The notes: generated by a model from the letters alone, not told the origin. Shown: positions 1-10,850, numbered from the stretch's first letter. The stretch is DNA of 64,000 nucleotides from an uncultured Thermoplasmatales archaeon (GCA_963807965.1 CAWEDU010000009.1:35577-99576), one strand, 5' to 3'. Translations and numbers: made by a program.

Positions 1-981
1 CTCAGGATCTGCCGATATTGAGGATTCTGGAATGGGTTCTTTTCCTTCTTCATCCATAACAGGGGAGGGAGCCTGTCCTTCATATACATCAATGGACCCA
101 ATTTCCGAAGTGGAAACTGGCATCGCTTCCATTGAGGCTATGTCTATCTGGGGTTGATCATTGACGATCGGGATCGGTGTAAGGACAGGGCTTTCTGACT
201 GGCCTAACATTGTGTTATCAGTTTGGCTTCCTTCAGGTGGTGTGATCGGACCACCGATCCTCGTTGCTGTTCCCAAGAAATCATAATTTCCCAAAGAATT
301 GGATTCATACAATCCTGCGTACTGGTCTGGATCGATATAGTAGACCTTTTCGTCTATCATTGACCTAAAAGCATAATAAGGTCCGTCCTGAGGGTTGAAG
401 AATGTCCTTGCATCCTTGGACTTCCTTCTAAAATAGTAAAATCCCATGAATATTACAAGGATCACTATGATTACAACCAATACTACGACAACAATGGGCA
501 AGATATCCAGTCCCTGGTCTTCTTCTTTGTTCTTGACCTCGTAATCTATCCTGATCCTGACTGTTGCATTGTCCCAATCATCAGCATCATCATCCCGCAT
601 TACATTGAAAAATACAATGGACTTCTGACTGTTCGTAGGATTCTTGATCTCTTTTTCCACCCTGATCGAAACGTTCCTCAATACAAGGAAAGCCTCTGTT
701 TCAGCAATATCTATCCTGGTGGTCTTGTCAGCTCTGCTTTTCTCAAGGATTAAAATGTCAATCCCACGTGGTTCGTAATCTTCGGCTGAGCTCCCTTTGA
801 ATGTGATGGTAAGGGTAAGGATGTCCCCTTTCTCATCGAAATCGGTCAATTTTAAAGGGATCAAGACACCTGGAGCAACTTCATATGGATCTAAGGTCAC
901 TGCTCCACTGGATCCTGGGAGTATGGCAGGGATGATCATTATCGCGGTAAAAACTAGTACTAAACCAACTCTCGACCTCAA
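1..981 (-). CDS. Hypothetical single-pass membrane protein. N-terminal signal peptide, extracytoplasmic domain, a TM helix and a Tyr-rich cytoplasmic tail. C-terminus is cut off by the window edge.
   Basis: Manual reverse-strand translation gives MRSRVGLVLVFTAIMIIPAILPGSSG… from a TTG start at 981, with an in-frame stop directly upstream. A TM segment ILPIVVVVLVVIIVILVIF follows, and the frame stays open to position 1. Not in the ORF track because it runs off the edge. Confidence 0.45.
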   Translation of the reverse strand, partial: MRSRVGLVLVFTAIMIIPAILPGSSGAVTLDPYEVAPGVLIPLKLTDFDEKGDILTLTITFKGSSAEDYEPRGIDILILEKSRADKTTRIDIAETEAFLVLRNVSIRVEKEIKNPTNSQKSIVFFNVMRDDDADDWDNATVRIRIDYEVKNKEEDQGLDILPIVVVVLVVIIVILVIFMGFYYFRRKSKDARTFFNPQDGPYYAFRSMIDEKVYYIDPDQYAGLYESNSLGNYDFLGTATRIGGPITPPEGSQTDNTMLGQSESPVLTPIPIVNDQPQIDIASMEAMPVSTSEIGSIDVYEGQAPSPVMDEEGKEPIPESSISADPE

Positions 982-1094
982 TTAAAGGACCCCCGAGGAA
1001 CGCTTTTCCTTATGTGCCATCATCCTTTTAAAGTTTGATGGCAAAATGGCTTCGTTAAAGGGTTATTGAGGAACGATTATGATCAGATTTAACA

Positions 1095-2867
1095 TCAATC
1101 CCGTCCAAAGAATCCTCTGAGAACAGGATGCATCTCCATCATCTGTTCCTTGCCTATCTGCTCATAGAGACGTATGATGATACCTACAGTTAATAGCACA
1201 CCTGTTCCAGAAGTCGAGCCTACCGTCCCAACCATGTCAGCCAAAGCTGCAAGGAGACCTACAAAAGCACCCGAGATAACCGTGACAGTAGGAATATAGC
1301 GGTTAAGGACCTTTTTAAGGACCCTTGGATCCCTTCTGAAACCAGGAATCCTCATTCCTGAGCTCTGTATCTGTTTGGCTACCGCTTCGGGCCCCATATT
1401 CGTTGTCTCTATCCAGAACTTTGCGAATAGGATGGAACCCACCACCATGATCCCCACATAGATCAAAACATGGACAGCGACCTGCCAATAATCGTGGTCC
1501 CCAACATATCCTCTATACCGGTCCCAATTGATCAAGGGAAGGAGCCAGGATTGGAGACCGTTGACCCTGGAGACATACCAAGCCAGACCTCCTGAAGGTG
1601 AAGTGGATCCTGTATCGTAGAATCCGATCCTCCAATTCTCTCCAATTATTGGAATGGTCTTGAACTTAGGATGGTTCCAAAGGAGCAATGAGAACATATT
1701 GATGTTTGCGAGCAATGCCGACATCAATATGACAGGGATATTTGAGGCATATATCAACCTTATCGGATACCGGCCCCTAGCTCCTCTGGCCTTAGCATGG
1801 GAAAGAGGTAGCTCTATCTGGGTGGACTCAGCATAAGCAACCACCAGGAATATCACTACTGTCGAAAGGAGAGCCACCATGGGGTTCGGAGGCGAAAGGA
1901 AGATGGTCTCGAAACCACCCGAAGCAAGTTCCCTGATCCCCCCAGACATATTTTCTAGGATATACCAGGTCTTGGGGATGGTTCCCGCTGGAATACTGCC
2001 ATAGCTATCAACAAGTCGGTCAAGATTGTATTGGGCAGCGGTGGCCTTCCCAAGTGGTATCCAAGAAATGGTTCCCTGGAAGATCGCCTGGGATACGCCT
2101 GCTGCGATGAACATAGATATTCCGGAACCGATCCCCCACTTTGAGATGACCTCATCCATAAGGAATACGAGATAAGAACCAAATATTATCTGGAAAATGA
2201 TGACCATTCTGGCCCATCCAATTCCAATGTCCCCCATCCAACCGGAACTCGATGGAGTTAAGTACCCATATACTTGGGGGATGGCTTCAACGAATATCAT
2301 TACGAGCACGAGGACCTTCTGGACACCCTGATAGATGGCCTTGTCCTCGGCCTTCTGAAGGTCCAGATTGATGATCTTTGCACCCGAGAACAACTGCATT
2401 ATAATGGAACCTGTGACAATGGGTCCGATACCCAGATGCATCAAAGAACCATTTGCTCCAGCAAGTATTGCCCTGAATTCGGAGAATATATCAATACTTT
2501 CTCCGGAAAGACCGTAGAGCTGAACGTTACTCAGGAAGAAATACAATATCAGGGTTCCGAACGTCCAAAGCATCTTGGTCCTGAATTTCACGTGACCTTC
2601 TGGTTTCTTGATGGCTGGCCACTTCTCCGATATCGATTTCAGTCCATAGAGTTTGGAGTTCTCACCAGCATAGGTGACCATCATTCCGATAAGAAAGAAC
2701 ACAAGGGCGATTGAAAGTGCGATTACAATGAAGAGCGAGATCTCTGCAAAATTATTGAAGTCAGCATCTCGCCACTGCCAGAAATAGACAATGACCATCG
2801 TCGCAATATAGGCGATGGCCACCCAGATGGCCTTCCTGTAATCTCTTTCGACAGCCATAGAACACAC
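1095..2867 (-). CDS. secY: Preprotein translocase subunit SecY. About 60 N-terminal residues (two extra predicted TM helices) are in frame ahead of the usual SecY start, so the true start may be the internal Met near 2684.
   Basis: 590-aa ORF with the SecY hallmark …KFRTKMLWTFGTLILYFFLSNVQLYGL… and a multi-TM profile. Sits at the 3' end of the L30-L15-SecY block as in other archaea. Confidence 0.9.
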   Translation of the reverse strand: MCSMAVERDYRKAIWVAIAYIATMVIVYFWQWRDADFNNFAEISLFIVIALSIALVFFLIGMMVTYAGENSKLYGLKSISEKWPAIKKPEGHVKFRTKMLWTFGTLILYFFLSNVQLYGLSGESIDIFSEFRAILAGANGSLMHLGIGPIVTGSIIMQLFSGAKIINLDLQKAEDKAIYQGVQKVLVLVMIFVEAIPQVYGYLTPSSSGWMGDIGIGWARMVIIFQIIFGSYLVFLMDEVISKWGIGSGISMFIAAGVSQAIFQGTISWIPLGKATAAQYNLDRLVDSYGSIPAGTIPKTWYILENMSGGIRELASGGFETIFLSPPNPMVALLSTVVIFLVVAYAESTQIELPLSHAKARGARGRYPIRLIYASNIPVILMSALLANINMFSLLLWNHPKFKTIPIIGENWRIGFYDTGSTSPSGGLAWYVSRVNGLQSWLLPLINWDRYRGYVGDHDYWQVAVHVLIYVGIMVVGSILFAKFWIETTNMGPEAVAKQIQSSGMRIPGFRRDPRVLKKVLNRYIPTVTVISGAFVGLLAALADMVGTVGSTSGTGVLLTVGIIIRLYEQIGKEQMMEMHPVLRGFFGRD

Positions 2868-2944
2868 ACCGATTTATGCCCTGGATAGATTTGCTCCCCG
2901 ATTACCGTTCTTCTATTAAAGGGTTTATTATTGCCGGTCCAGGC

Positions 2945-3393
2945 TCACTCCTGTTTGACCGTGACGGTCCCGCCAGCAGCTTCGATCTTCTCTACAGCCT
3001 TCTCGGAAGCCTGAGGAGTAGTATATGGACCTTCAGGTCGCCTATACTTCCGCCCCCAAGTAGTTTGGTACAGCCAAGCTTCTCGATATCGAGATCATAG
3101 GCGTTACCCTTCTTTTTAGCAGCCCCAGATTCAACCATCCGTCCGATATATTCTCGGATCGTTGATAGGTTCAAGACGATATTATCTTGGACAACGGACT
3201 GTGGTCTTTTGAAGCCATGCCTTCCGAAATAATCCTTGCCGTAGAACTTGATTATATGGATGTATCTATGCTTGTGATTACCGGCCATACCTTTTCCACC
3301 CCTCTTGCCAGCGCCTCTTCGAGCCTTGATCCCGTGACCTCTGGTCTTCAATCCTCTGAACTTTGCATTCCTCTTCTTTGCCATGGCAATCAC
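2945..3393 (-). CDS. rpl15: Ribosomal protein uL15 with an apparent frameshift near 3030-3057.
   Basis: N-terminal 133-aa ORF (MAKKRNAKFRGLKTRGHGIKARRGAGKRGGKGMAGNHKHR…) ends in nonsense. The conserved C-terminus …PEGPYTTPQASEKAVEKIEAAGGTVTVKQE* is encoded in another frame and ends at the TGA at 2945-2947. The shift lies next to a GGGGG run. Confidence 0.8.
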
Positions 3394-3394
3394 C

Positions 3395-3863
3395 TCAGAT
3401 CATCTTCTTAAGGAGGTTGTTGATCTCCTTTCCTCTGTAACCCAATGCACCACCAACAGTGAAGTGTCTCTTGATACCCTCATATCCACCCTTGTTCGGT
3501 GGTGATAGTCTGAATAGTGGTTTTGCTCCTCCCAGGTCCTTGTATTTGAATCCGTTCTCGATCACAGCACCTGCTAGTTCATCCACATTCTTGAAAGATG
3601 ATCTGGATTTAATGAACTCATCTGTCAGTGGAGAACCACCATCGATCCGACCCCTCTGCCGTATCATTTCTGCAAGGGTATCCCTGTTCTACTTCACCCC
3701 AGGTGACATAATCCTTTACCTTCTGGAGCATACCCTTGAATTCTGGTGTTTCAGGTATGACAACACAGTGATTGACCCTGTTCAGACTCAACAACATAAG
3801 GGTCTCCTTGATATCAGGTTTCACTCTCAGTGTTCCCCTGACCCTTACCACAGCGAGGGTCAT
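3395..3863 (-). CDS. rpl30: Ribosomal protein uL30 with an apparent frameshift near 3682.
   Basis: N-terminal fragment 3618-3863 ([22 protein letters not shown]…KVKDYVTWGEVEQ) and C-terminal fragment 3395-3667 (…[25 protein letters not shown]…KPLFRLSPPNKGGYEGIKRHFTVGGALGYRG…) overlap. Removing one G from a GGG run restores a contiguous uL30. Confidence 0.8.
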
Positions 3864-4799
3864 TGAACCTCACCTCCATCCGTTTGGACCGGTTCCTCAA
3901 CTCCCAGAACAGGTCCTGAAAGATGTTTCAAGGCGATCCTCTGGCCCTTTTGTACCCTCATCAGAGTGGTTCCCTTTAGTGCATCCATTACCGCCTTGGC
4001 ATTGTTGACTGTGGTCTTGGTCTGTCCCCTGGAGAATCCCCAGGCATCTCTGATACCGGCTAATTTCAGTATCTTCTTAGCCACATCTCCTACTGCCAGA
4101 CCCACTCCACGGGGAGCAGGTCTAAGTGTAACGGTTGTGGACCCCGCCCTGCCTTCGACCTTGTAAGGGAAGGGAATGTGGGTTCATGCATCCGCATTCC
4201 CAAGATCCGCAGCCTCTGTTAAGCTCTATCATGTTGAGCTTCGCATTATCAATGGCCTTTTTTATGGTAGGTCCAACTTCTTTCCCACGTGCTGAACCCA
4301 GTCCAACATATCCATTGCTGTTGCCAACGACAACTGTGATAGAGAACCGGGTCCTCCGTCCGGAATCGGTCATCCTCTGGACCATGTTGACCTTTAATAC
4401 CTCATCAACGAGGTCTTCACCAATTATTGTATCAACTATCTGATGTTCCCTTAAAGGAAGACCAGAGCTCAGAGCATCATGCATAGAGGATACCTTCCCA
4501 GCCTTGACAAGGATTCCGAGTTTTGTCTTGGGATCCCAATCTTCCTCCTCGAACCTATCCCTTTTTGGACCTCTACTCTGTCTCCCCGGCCTTGATGAGC
4601 CCCTCCCCCTGGAGTCACCTGCAGGTTTTACAGTTCCTTTGGTAAGGTTTGGTCTCTTTCCCCGTTCTGTTTCTTCCTGGGTCTTGACAGCCACATCATC
4701 GCGTTTATCCTCCGGGATATCGACCTCGGCCAAGTCCACGGGTTTATCGGGATTTTCTTTCACTTCTTCTACCTTCTTCTTATCTTCGGTCATGGTCAC
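3860..4799 (-). CDS. rps5: Ribosomal protein uS5 with an apparent frameshift near 4165-4175.
   Basis: The 225-aa N-terminal ORF contains the S5 dsRBD and ends …[14 protein letters not shown]. The next frame reads …[44 protein letters not shown]… (81-aa ORF 3860-4105). The junction is at a CCC/GGG homopolymer. Confidence 0.85.
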
Positions 4800-5299
4800 A
4801 TCTCCAGGATCTTGTTCTTCATGGCCACGAAATCTTCCTCGAACCCATCGATCTCCTTGTGACGTCCGAAGATCCGGTCCTCTTCCGGAAACATTCCTTC
4901 TCCGTGTGGTATGTCAAGTCCAGCATCAAGCATTCCCCTAAGAGTGGCAAATACACGGCTGCCTGTCTTGGGTTCTTGCAGACCTATATCGAGAACCGCC
5001 TCATGGAGGTCTGATTTACCTGCTTTTACCCCTGCTATGAGACCCACAAGGTATGATGCTGTAGTATCCTTGATAGAGTGTTTCCAACCCATTTTCTTCA
5101 GGTCCTTATATCCTGCCTGTGCAAGGACAAGGTCCCCATTCATATCGAACTTTATAAACTGCACAGTGGTACCTGAAAGGCTTTTCCTTACCACCGCTCT
5201 GGGTTTCTTTGATTTTACTAGAGAAAGTCTGGACCTGAAATTGGTCTTTCCCTCTCTCCTTCTCCTAAATGGCATATGATATCTTGGTCCGTCTGCCAT
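4796..5299 (-). CDS. rpl18: Ribosomal protein uL18
   Basis: 167-aa ORF, uL18-like sequence, conserved operon position. Confidence 0.9.
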   Translation of the reverse strand: MADGPRYHMPFRRRREGKTNFRSRLSLVKSKKPRAVVRKSLSGTTVQFIKFDMNGDLVLAQAGYKDLKKMGWKHSIKDTTASYLVGLIAGVKAGKSDLHEAVLDIGLQEPKTGSRVFATLRGMLDAGLDIPHGEGMFPEEDRIFGRHKEIDGFEEDFVAMKNKILEM

Positions 5300-5300
5300 A

Positions 5301-5774
5301 TCATTTCACCTCCTTTACAGGGATCTTTATGAAGGCATTCTCGTTTTGCATATGTGACCTTAAATGGCCAACCGATCTGAAGGTTCCTCCCGAGGCATGC
5401 CTGTAATAATGTCTGTAAGTTTCAGATGATATATTGCCTTGGGTTCTGAATTCCTTCAGGGTCCTTCTGATCGGTCTGATGGTGTTTATCCATCTCCTTT
5501 TCTTAGGGAATCTGGCATATTTTGATCCCTTCCTCGAACCATGACCCTTTCTCTTTCCTGCTTCTTTTTGGATCATTCGTGCCTTCTTTCTTCCAGAGGA
5601 AATACCCTTTTCTGGTCTAGCTTTTATAACACCTTCATTGACCAGCTTTCTGACATCCCCTCTTGTAACTGCTTCAGAAATATCTTCGATGTTATTGGGA
5701 TTCATATAAACCCTGTTTGCACCACATTTTAGGATGATCGCAGCCATCCTTCTTTGATTTGAAAGATCCATCAC
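5301..5774 (-). CDS. rpl19e: Ribosomal protein eL19
   Basis: 157-aa basic ORF with eL19 features (…ILKCGANRVYMNP…), operon position. Confidence 0.85.
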   Translation of the reverse strand: MMDLSNQRRMAAIILKCGANRVYMNPNNIEDISEAVTRGDVRKLVNEGVIKARPEKGISSGRKKARMIQKEAGKRKGHGSRKGSKYARFPKKRRWINTIRPIRRTLKEFRTQGNISSETYRHYYRHASGGTFRSVGHLRSHMQNENAFIKIPVKEVK

Positions 5775-6283
5775 AGAACCCCCCTGTTAAGGATACGGAT
5801 GCCTTTCTGATCCGCTGATTGAACAATGGTCTTCCTCTTTCTTGTCCCAACTGTAGCTCCGATCCTAGCTGCCTGGACCTTTGGGTCTATACTCTCAAGG
5901 TCAGCTAAGTTGAAGACCATTACCTCCCTAAAACCGGATGGATGATAATGCCTGACTGATGCAGGTTTTCCAAATCCGATCCTTACCTTTGGAGGTCTGT
6001 ACTTTCTGTTCAATCTCATCTTGTTCGTAACAGCCCTGGGCCTCCTCCAATTGGTTCCTAACTTCTTGTACCTGAACCATTCCCCCCTCCTGAATTTGGG
6101 TTGTTTATCGTAACGTTCCTTCCTGATCTCCAGTAGCTTCTCAATATTGCTGTCGATCTCAGGTTTAATCTTACCCTGGGATTTCTTAACAACAGCTTTC
6201 TTCTTAGGAGAGGTCTTTTCTTCCTTGACCACTACCTTGGGAGGAACTTTGGTGGCCTTATCCGTTTTCTTCTCTGCCATCAT
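5771..6283 (-). CDS. rpl32e: Ribosomal protein eL32
   Basis: 170-aa ORF with a K-rich N-terminus and eL32 core (…KFRRGEWFRYKKLGTNWRRPRA…), operon position. Confidence 0.85.
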   Translation of the reverse strand: MMAEKKTDKATKVPPKVVVKEEKTSPKKKAVVKKSQGKIKPEIDSNIEKLLEIRKERYDKQPKFRRGEWFRYKKLGTNWRRPRAVTNKMRLNRKYRPPKVRIGFGKPASVRHYHPSGFREVMVFNLADLESIDPKVQAARIGATVGTRKRKTIVQSADQKGIRILNRGVL

Positions 6284-6843
6284 TCATCCCCCCTGCTGGT
6301 GAGATATATTCCATCCTGGAATACCCTAGTATCATAGTTCTTCACAATAGTTGCCTTCTCAATGTTCGCAGCTGTCTGGCCAACCATTTCCTTGTTGATA
6401 CCCTCTAAATTAATGATGTCCCCGGATATCTTCGCGGTGACACCTTCCAATATCTTTGCCCTCCTTGGAAATCTCTCTCCAAGGAAGTTCTCTACCACCA
6501 GCTCATTTCCCTTCACAGACGTCTTAATTGGAAAATGAGAAAAGATTATCCGCAACTTGTAGTGGAATCCGTTCTGAACACCATTTACCATGTTCTGAAC
6601 ATGTGAAGCCCAGGTTCCTACGAGGCCCATCTCCTTCCTTTTCGGATAAGGACAGTTGACATACACATTTCCATCCTTGATCACCATTTTTACTTTAGGA
6701 TGGCTGAATTCCCTTGTGAGTTTACCCTTCTTTCCCGATACCGAGATCAGGTTCTCTTTAATATCAACTGAGACACCCTTGGGAATGTCCACAATCCTTT
6801 CCATCATGTCTATTCTTACCATTGGGATCACCTCAATAAACAA
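6280..6843 (-). CDS. rpl6: Ribosomal protein uL6
   Basis: 187-aa ORF with two-domain uL6 pattern, operon position. Confidence 0.9.
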   Translation of the reverse strand: MFIEVIPMVRIDMMERIVDIPKGVSVDIKENLISVSGKKGKLTREFSHPKVKMVIKDGNVYVNCPYPKRKEMGLVGTWASHVQNMVNGVQNGFHYKLRIIFSHFPIKTSVKGNELVVENFLGERFPRRAKILEGVTAKISGDIINLEGINKEMVGQTAANIEKATIVKNYDTRVFQDGIYLTSRGDE

Positions 6844-7222
6844 AGGCCAGAAGCCTTCCTCCAGTATGCATCTCCTTTGCCTTATCGTGAGAGATTACAC
6901 CCTTGGTAGTGGACAGTATGATCACTCCAAAATTCTGAGCGGGAAGGTACCTTGCTTCGTATCCCTCCATTTCAGCTCTTTTAATGGCAAAACGTGGTTT
7001 GATAACACCGCAGTCGTTGATATTTCCATTAAGGTGAACATTGAACCATCCGGCCCTTCCATCCTCATTGTATTCGAACTCCTTAATGTATCCATTCTCC
7101 TGGATGACCTTTAAGACGCGTCCGATCAATTTCGAGGCTGGTCTGACAATACAGTCCTTCTTTCCGGCCCTTTCCGCATTCTTCATTACAGATAGGGCAT
7201 CTGACAGTGGATCGTTTCTCAA
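6833..7222 (-). CDS. rps8: Ribosomal protein uS8
   Basis: 129-aa ORF (…[46 protein letters not shown]…), typical uS8. Confidence 0.9.
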   Translation of the reverse strand: MRNDPLSDALSVMKNAERAGKKDCIVRPASKLIGRVLKVIQENGYIKEFEYNEDGRAGWFNVHLNGNINDCGVIKPRFAIKRAEMEGYEARYLPAQNFGVIILSTTKGVISHDKAKEMHTGGRLLAFVY

Positions 7223-7235
7223 TCTAACACACTCC

Positions 7236-7394
7236 TCATGAATATTTCTTGAACCCTATCTCCGGAGCTATCTCTCTGAAACACTGTCTGCACAAGTGCA
7301 TCCCGTTCCTTCTGATCAAACCCCTCTTGCGTCCGCATCTCTGGCACCCTACCTTCCTTCCGAAGGTCTTCCGTTTTACTTCGATCTCAGCCAT
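7236..7394 (-). CDS. rps14: Ribosomal protein uS14 (zinc-binding S14P type)
   Basis: [52 protein letters not shown] has a CxxC…CxxC motif. Start chosen at the Met that overlaps the uL5 stop as ATGA. Confidence 0.85.
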   Translation of the reverse strand: MAEIEVKRKTFGRKVGCQRCGRKRGLIRRNGMHLCRQCFREIAPEIGFKKYS

Positions 7395-7942
7395 TATTCC
7401 AACACCTCCACATCGAAGGTCTTGGAGACCCACTCCTTGGCCTCTTGTTTTGCGATCCTCTGCTCGGTGGGTATATGTCCAGGAGCTCTTTTCCTCCTGC
7501 TTACCCTTTTTCCGGCGCGTGTTAGGACCACGTTGATATCAAGTCCGAATATACCTATATCCGGATCGTATCTCATTCCCTGGAAGTCCGTATAATCGGA
7601 TATCCCGAATGAAAAATTACCCTGCGGATCGAAGGAGTATCCCATGATCTTGTTCTCCCTAACCCAAAGGGCCTTCTTCAGGAATTCTGGAGCATTTTCC
7701 TTCCTGAGCGTTACCTTGCATCCAATTGGCATCCCAACCCGGATGCCAAGGTCCCTATTTGTCGTCTTTGAAATGGTTTGGGTGGGTTTCTTCTGAGTGA
7801 GCAACTCTATGACCTTGATAGCTTTGTTGAGCTTATCACCAGCCTCACCTACACCAATATTGACAACAACCTTCTCTATCCTTATCTCCCTGTTGGGGTT
7901 CTCTTTTTTTTCTTCATTCTTTTCTGACATCTCATCGGTCAT
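7394..7942 (-). CDS. rpl5: Ribosomal protein uL5
   Basis: 182-aa ORF, uL5-like, operon position. Confidence 0.9.
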   Translation of the reverse strand: MTDEMSEKNEEKKENPNREIRIEKVVVNIGVGEAGDKLNKAIKVIELLTQKKPTQTISKTTNRDLGIRVGMPIGCKVTLRKENAPEFLKKALWVRENKIMGYSFDPQGNFSFGISDYTDFQGMRYDPDIGIFGLDINVVLTRAGKRVSRRKRAPGHIPTEQRIAKQEAKEWVSKTFDVEVLE

Positions 7943-8655
7943 AAGGTGCTCACCTCCGCAGATTCTATCTCGGAGGTCTTAATCCCTATAATGAAGACAT
8001 GATCGATAATGGTGTTGAATCCCTCATGGAACTCAACGATATTGGGATCAGGATTCCTCGTTACCTCTATCCTTTTAATCCTGCAGATGGTTCCAATGTG
8101 GGCTCCACCTGTCAGAAATGCCAATGATTCCTCTTTCATGGGGAACTTCTCAATTATCTTCTGATCTGGAAGTGAGATCTTGATCGCGTCCCCGGTCTTG
8201 AACTCATCCTTCTTGACAAGGATGTTCCTTCCATCATGAAGGTGAAGCTGAAGTGTCCCCCCCTTCACGATAGTCTTGTTCATTATCCTTGCTAACTTCC
8301 AAGTGGATTCACTCTTCTCTATCTTCTTCAGAGTGATCTGTCCCCTAGGATTCACCATCACTCTGTAGAATGATTTGATCTTCGGAATACTGATGACATC
8401 CATTATCCCTACCGGAAGTTTAGGACTGGTCCTGACCTTTCCATCCACAAGGACATCCCTCCTTGCAAGGATCTTCCTTATCTCCGAAGCTGTGTCACCA
8501 AGATTAAGTATATCCCTCAAAGCGACGAGAAGTGGAATGGATTTCTCCATTGAATGGGCCCCGGGCTTAGCCCTAACGGTCCATACCTTGGGCTTCCTCT
8601 GAATGGCCCATGATCTCGGTGCCGCATATCTCTTAAGATGCTTAGAATCAACCAT
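7939..8655 (-). CDS. rps4e: Ribosomal protein eS4
   Basis: 238-aa ORF (MVDSKHLKRYAAPRSWAIQRKPKVWTVRAKPGAHS…), typical eS4. Confidence 0.9.
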   Translation of the reverse strand: MVDSKHLKRYAAPRSWAIQRKPKVWTVRAKPGAHSMEKSIPLLVALRDILNLGDTASEIRKILARRDVLVDGKVRTSPKLPVGIMDVISIPKIKSFYRVMVNPRGQITLKKIEKSESTWKLARIMNKTIVKGGTLQLHLHDGRNILVKKDEFKTGDAIKISLPDQKIIEKFPMKEESLAFLTGGAHIGTICRIKRIEVTRNPDPNIVEFHEGFNTIIDHVFIIGIKTSEIESAEVSTL

Positions 8656-8667
8656 AACATTCCTCCT

Positions 8668-9036
8668 TTACTCATCCCCAACCCCTTTGAACCTCTCCTT
8701 CCTTACCGGGTCCGAGAGGTCTAGCTTGGTCACCACAAGGTTCGAAGCATCGAACCAGATCGTGACCTCCTTGTTATCTGCCTTGTTTATTAAGGCCTTC
8801 TCGATCGAAACCTTCCTCTTTTTCAGGTCGATCTTTGCAACCTTCCCTTCATGTCCGGTTCTTGATCCACGTAATACTTTGACAGTATCACCGGTTCTAA
8901 GAGTGACCCTCCTTATGGAGGATTTTCCGTATTTTGTCGGATCAAGGGGCGATCTGATGATCTTGCTCCCTCTGTGAAGAGGTAAATTCTTCTGGTTTTT
9001 TCGCTGTTTTCTGGGTTTAGAAGATCTGGCGTCCAT
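8668..9036 (-). CDS. rpl24: Ribosomal protein uL24
   Basis: 122-aa ORF with KOW motif (…RRVTLRTGDTVKVLRGSRTGHEGKVAKID…). Confidence 0.9.
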   Translation of the reverse strand: MDARSSKPRKQRKNQKNLPLHRGSKIIRSPLDPTKYGKSSIRRVTLRTGDTVKVLRGSRTGHEGKVAKIDLKKRKVSIEKALINKADNKEVTIWFDASNLVVTKLDLSDPVRKERFKGVGDE

Positions 9037-9047
9037 CTTAATACCTC

Positions 9048-9446
9048 CTAGACGATCGTGGATGCCGTGGCAGCGATCCTTGAAAACCTCTCTGCGGCCT
9101 CTTTCGCTACTGGACCCTTGATATCAGAACCCTTTGTCTCTCCGGTCTTGGTAGTAAGGACAAGTGCATTGTCCTCAAAGGAGATCATGGTTCCATCCGG
9201 TCTTCTGAAGAGCCTTTTCTGTCTGACAATGACAGCTGGAAAGAGCTGTTTTCTGAGCTCAGGTGTTCCCTTCTTTACACTGACGATCACCATATCACCT
9301 ATACCTGCAGATGGCACCCTTCTCTTGGTACCTTTGTATTTCAAGACCTGAACAATCTGAACGATCTTTGCTCCGGTATTATCTACACAACTAACCTTTG
9401 ATCCGACCTGAAGACCTCTGGTTTGTACCCCAGCTAATCCCTTCAT
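9048..9446 (-). CDS. rpl14: Ribosomal protein uL14
   Basis: 132-aa ORF, uL14-like (…[17 protein letters not shown]…). Confidence 0.9.
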   Translation of the reverse strand: MKGLAGVQTRGLQVGSKVSCVDNTGAKIVQIVQVLKYKGTKRRVPSAGIGDMVIVSVKKGTPELRKQLFPAVIVRQKRLFRRPDGTMISFEDNALVLTTKTGETKGSDIKGPVAKEAAERFSRIAATASTIV

Positions 9447-9447
9447 T

Positions 9448-9969
9448 TCAGATCCTCCCGATAACTACCATATTGGTGCTTTTAGAAAGAGGACGGCATT
9501 CCATGATCTTTACCATATCACCGACTTGGACATTGATGCATGGTGGAAGGTGGGCAAGATATCTGGCGGACCTCTTTTCGTACCTCTGGTACTTCTCAAT
9601 ACGATGCCTTCTTTCCCTCATGACCACCACGGTATCATCCATCTTCATATTGACCACCTGAACATCCAGGATGATACCCCTGACGGATAATTTACCATGA
9701 AATGGACAATTCTCATCTTCACAACCCTTGGTCGGAGCCTCGATGTCAATACCTATATCCCTGTGAGCGGTCTTCTTGACCTTCTTTGACCTGACCACAG
9801 GTTTACTCACACCCAGGGCCTTCCTTTTGACAGGAAGTGTCTTTTTACCCTGTACTGTGTCGATATCCGCGGCTGCTTCGGTCTTCTTCGTGATCTTTTT
9901 TGCTTCCGATGCCTTCGGTTGTTTCTTGGGCTCCGGAGCCTCATCACCCTTTTCTGCCATCCTTACCAC
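9448..9969 (-). CDS. rps17: Ribosomal protein uS17. About 70 Lys/Ala-rich residues precede the conserved core in the same frame, so the true start is uncertain.
   Basis: Core …[37 protein letters not shown]…MVVIGRI matches archaeal uS17. No Met lies between the extension and the core. Confidence 0.8.
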   Translation of the reverse strand: MVRMAEKGDEAPEPKKQPKASEAKKITKKTEAAADIDTVQGKKTLPVKRKALGVSKPVVRSKKVKKTAHRDIGIDIEAPTKGCEDENCPFHGKLSVRGIILDVQVVNMKMDDTVVVMRERRHRIEKYQRYEKRSARYLAHLPPCINVQVGDMVKIMECRPLSKSTNMVVIGRI

Positions 9970-10022
9970 CTTCTTCGGTTCTAAATTGATCTTGGTTGGA
10001 GGATCCTTTGGACCTTCATAGT

Positions 10023-10349
10023 TTACTTCTTCTTTCGGTAGTTTTCCTTTTTATCCAGTTTTTTATTTCTGTCCTCAGGCCGGTAGAGGATATCAGACCC
10101 ATCTATCTCAATGGATCGTAAATCACTTTCAAGTCCTGTCAACCTGAATCTTCCACCCTTCTTCGGAACCACCGATCTTTTTCCATCATTATCAAGCAGG
10201 AACGTTCCCTTTGTCTCATCCAACACGATCCCCTCTCGTCCAATCAATCCGGGATCCGTATGATGGAGAACCCTTAATTGGGTCCCTATGAGCTCTAGCA
10301 GCAGAATATTCCTTACCTTGCCTGGTCCTTTCTCGTTCATCCTCCTCAC
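10023..10349 (-). CDS. rnp1: RNase P protein component 1 (Rpp29/Pop4 family)
   Basis: 108-aa ORF between L29 and S17 as in other archaea. Sm-like core …[31 protein letters not shown]…. Confidence 0.75.
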   Translation of the reverse strand: MRRMNEKGPGKVRNILLLELIGTQLRVLHHTDPGLIGREGIVLDETKGTFLLDNDGKRSVVPKKGGRFRLTGLESDLRSIEIDGSDILYRPEDRNKKLDKKENYRKKK

Positions 10350-10645
10350 TCGGAAATGTTCGTATAGCCTTTCTCCTTGAGCGCCTCTATGGCCTTCTTC
10401 TTGTGGTCACCTTGAAGTTCTATTATACCATCTTTGACGGTTCCACCGGCTGCGCACTTGTTCTTTAAGAAGCGGGCGAGATCGTCTAGATCGATATCTG
10501 TGGGATCGATCCCTGATATTATCGTCACGACCTTTCCGTATCTCCTTTTAGTTGTGGCAATCCGAATATCTTGCTGCTCCCTTGCAATATCCTCACAAGC
10601 GCAGAGTTCTTTTGGAAGACCGCAGACGCTACATATCTCTGCCAT
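10346..10645 (-). CDS. Translation initiation factor SUI1 (aIF1) family
   Basis: 99-aa ORF with SUI1 features (…[17 protein letters not shown]…[30 protein letters not shown]…). Confidence 0.8.
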   Translation of the reverse strand: MAEICSVCGLPKELCACEDIAREQQDIRIATTKRRYGKVVTIISGIDPTDIDLDDLARFLKNKCAAGGTVKDGIIELQGDHKKKAIEALKEKGYTNISE

Positions 10646-10848
10646 TAAAGTTCTCCCTCCTCCCTCATGACCGTAGCCAATCTGGCTATATTGATCCTGA
10701 GGGATTTGATCCTTCCAGGATTGGGAGGAGCTCCACCCATAGCGGATATTCCCCTTTCCCTCATTAGTTCATCGCGAAGTTCCTTCATCTTTCCAGACCT
10801 TTCTTCGGGATTCAAATTCCTGATTTCTGGGAGTCTGAGTAACGCCAC
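10645..10848 (-). CDS. rpl29: Ribosomal protein uL29
   Basis: 67-aa helical ORF, operon position between SUI1 and S3. Confidence 0.8.
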   Translation of the reverse strand: MALLRLPEIRNLNPEERSGKMKELRDELMRERGISAMGGAPPNPGRIKSLRINIARLATVMREEGEL

Positions 10849-10850
10849 TT

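Noticed and set aside
797-985. 62-aa plus-strand ORF.
   Set aside because: Lies antisense within a much longer minus-strand membrane-protein frame that has a convincing signal peptide and TM helix.
2274-2714. 146-aa plus-strand ORF.
   Set aside because: Antisense to secY.
8603-8977. 124-aa plus-strand ORF.
   Set aside because: Antisense to eS4/uL24.
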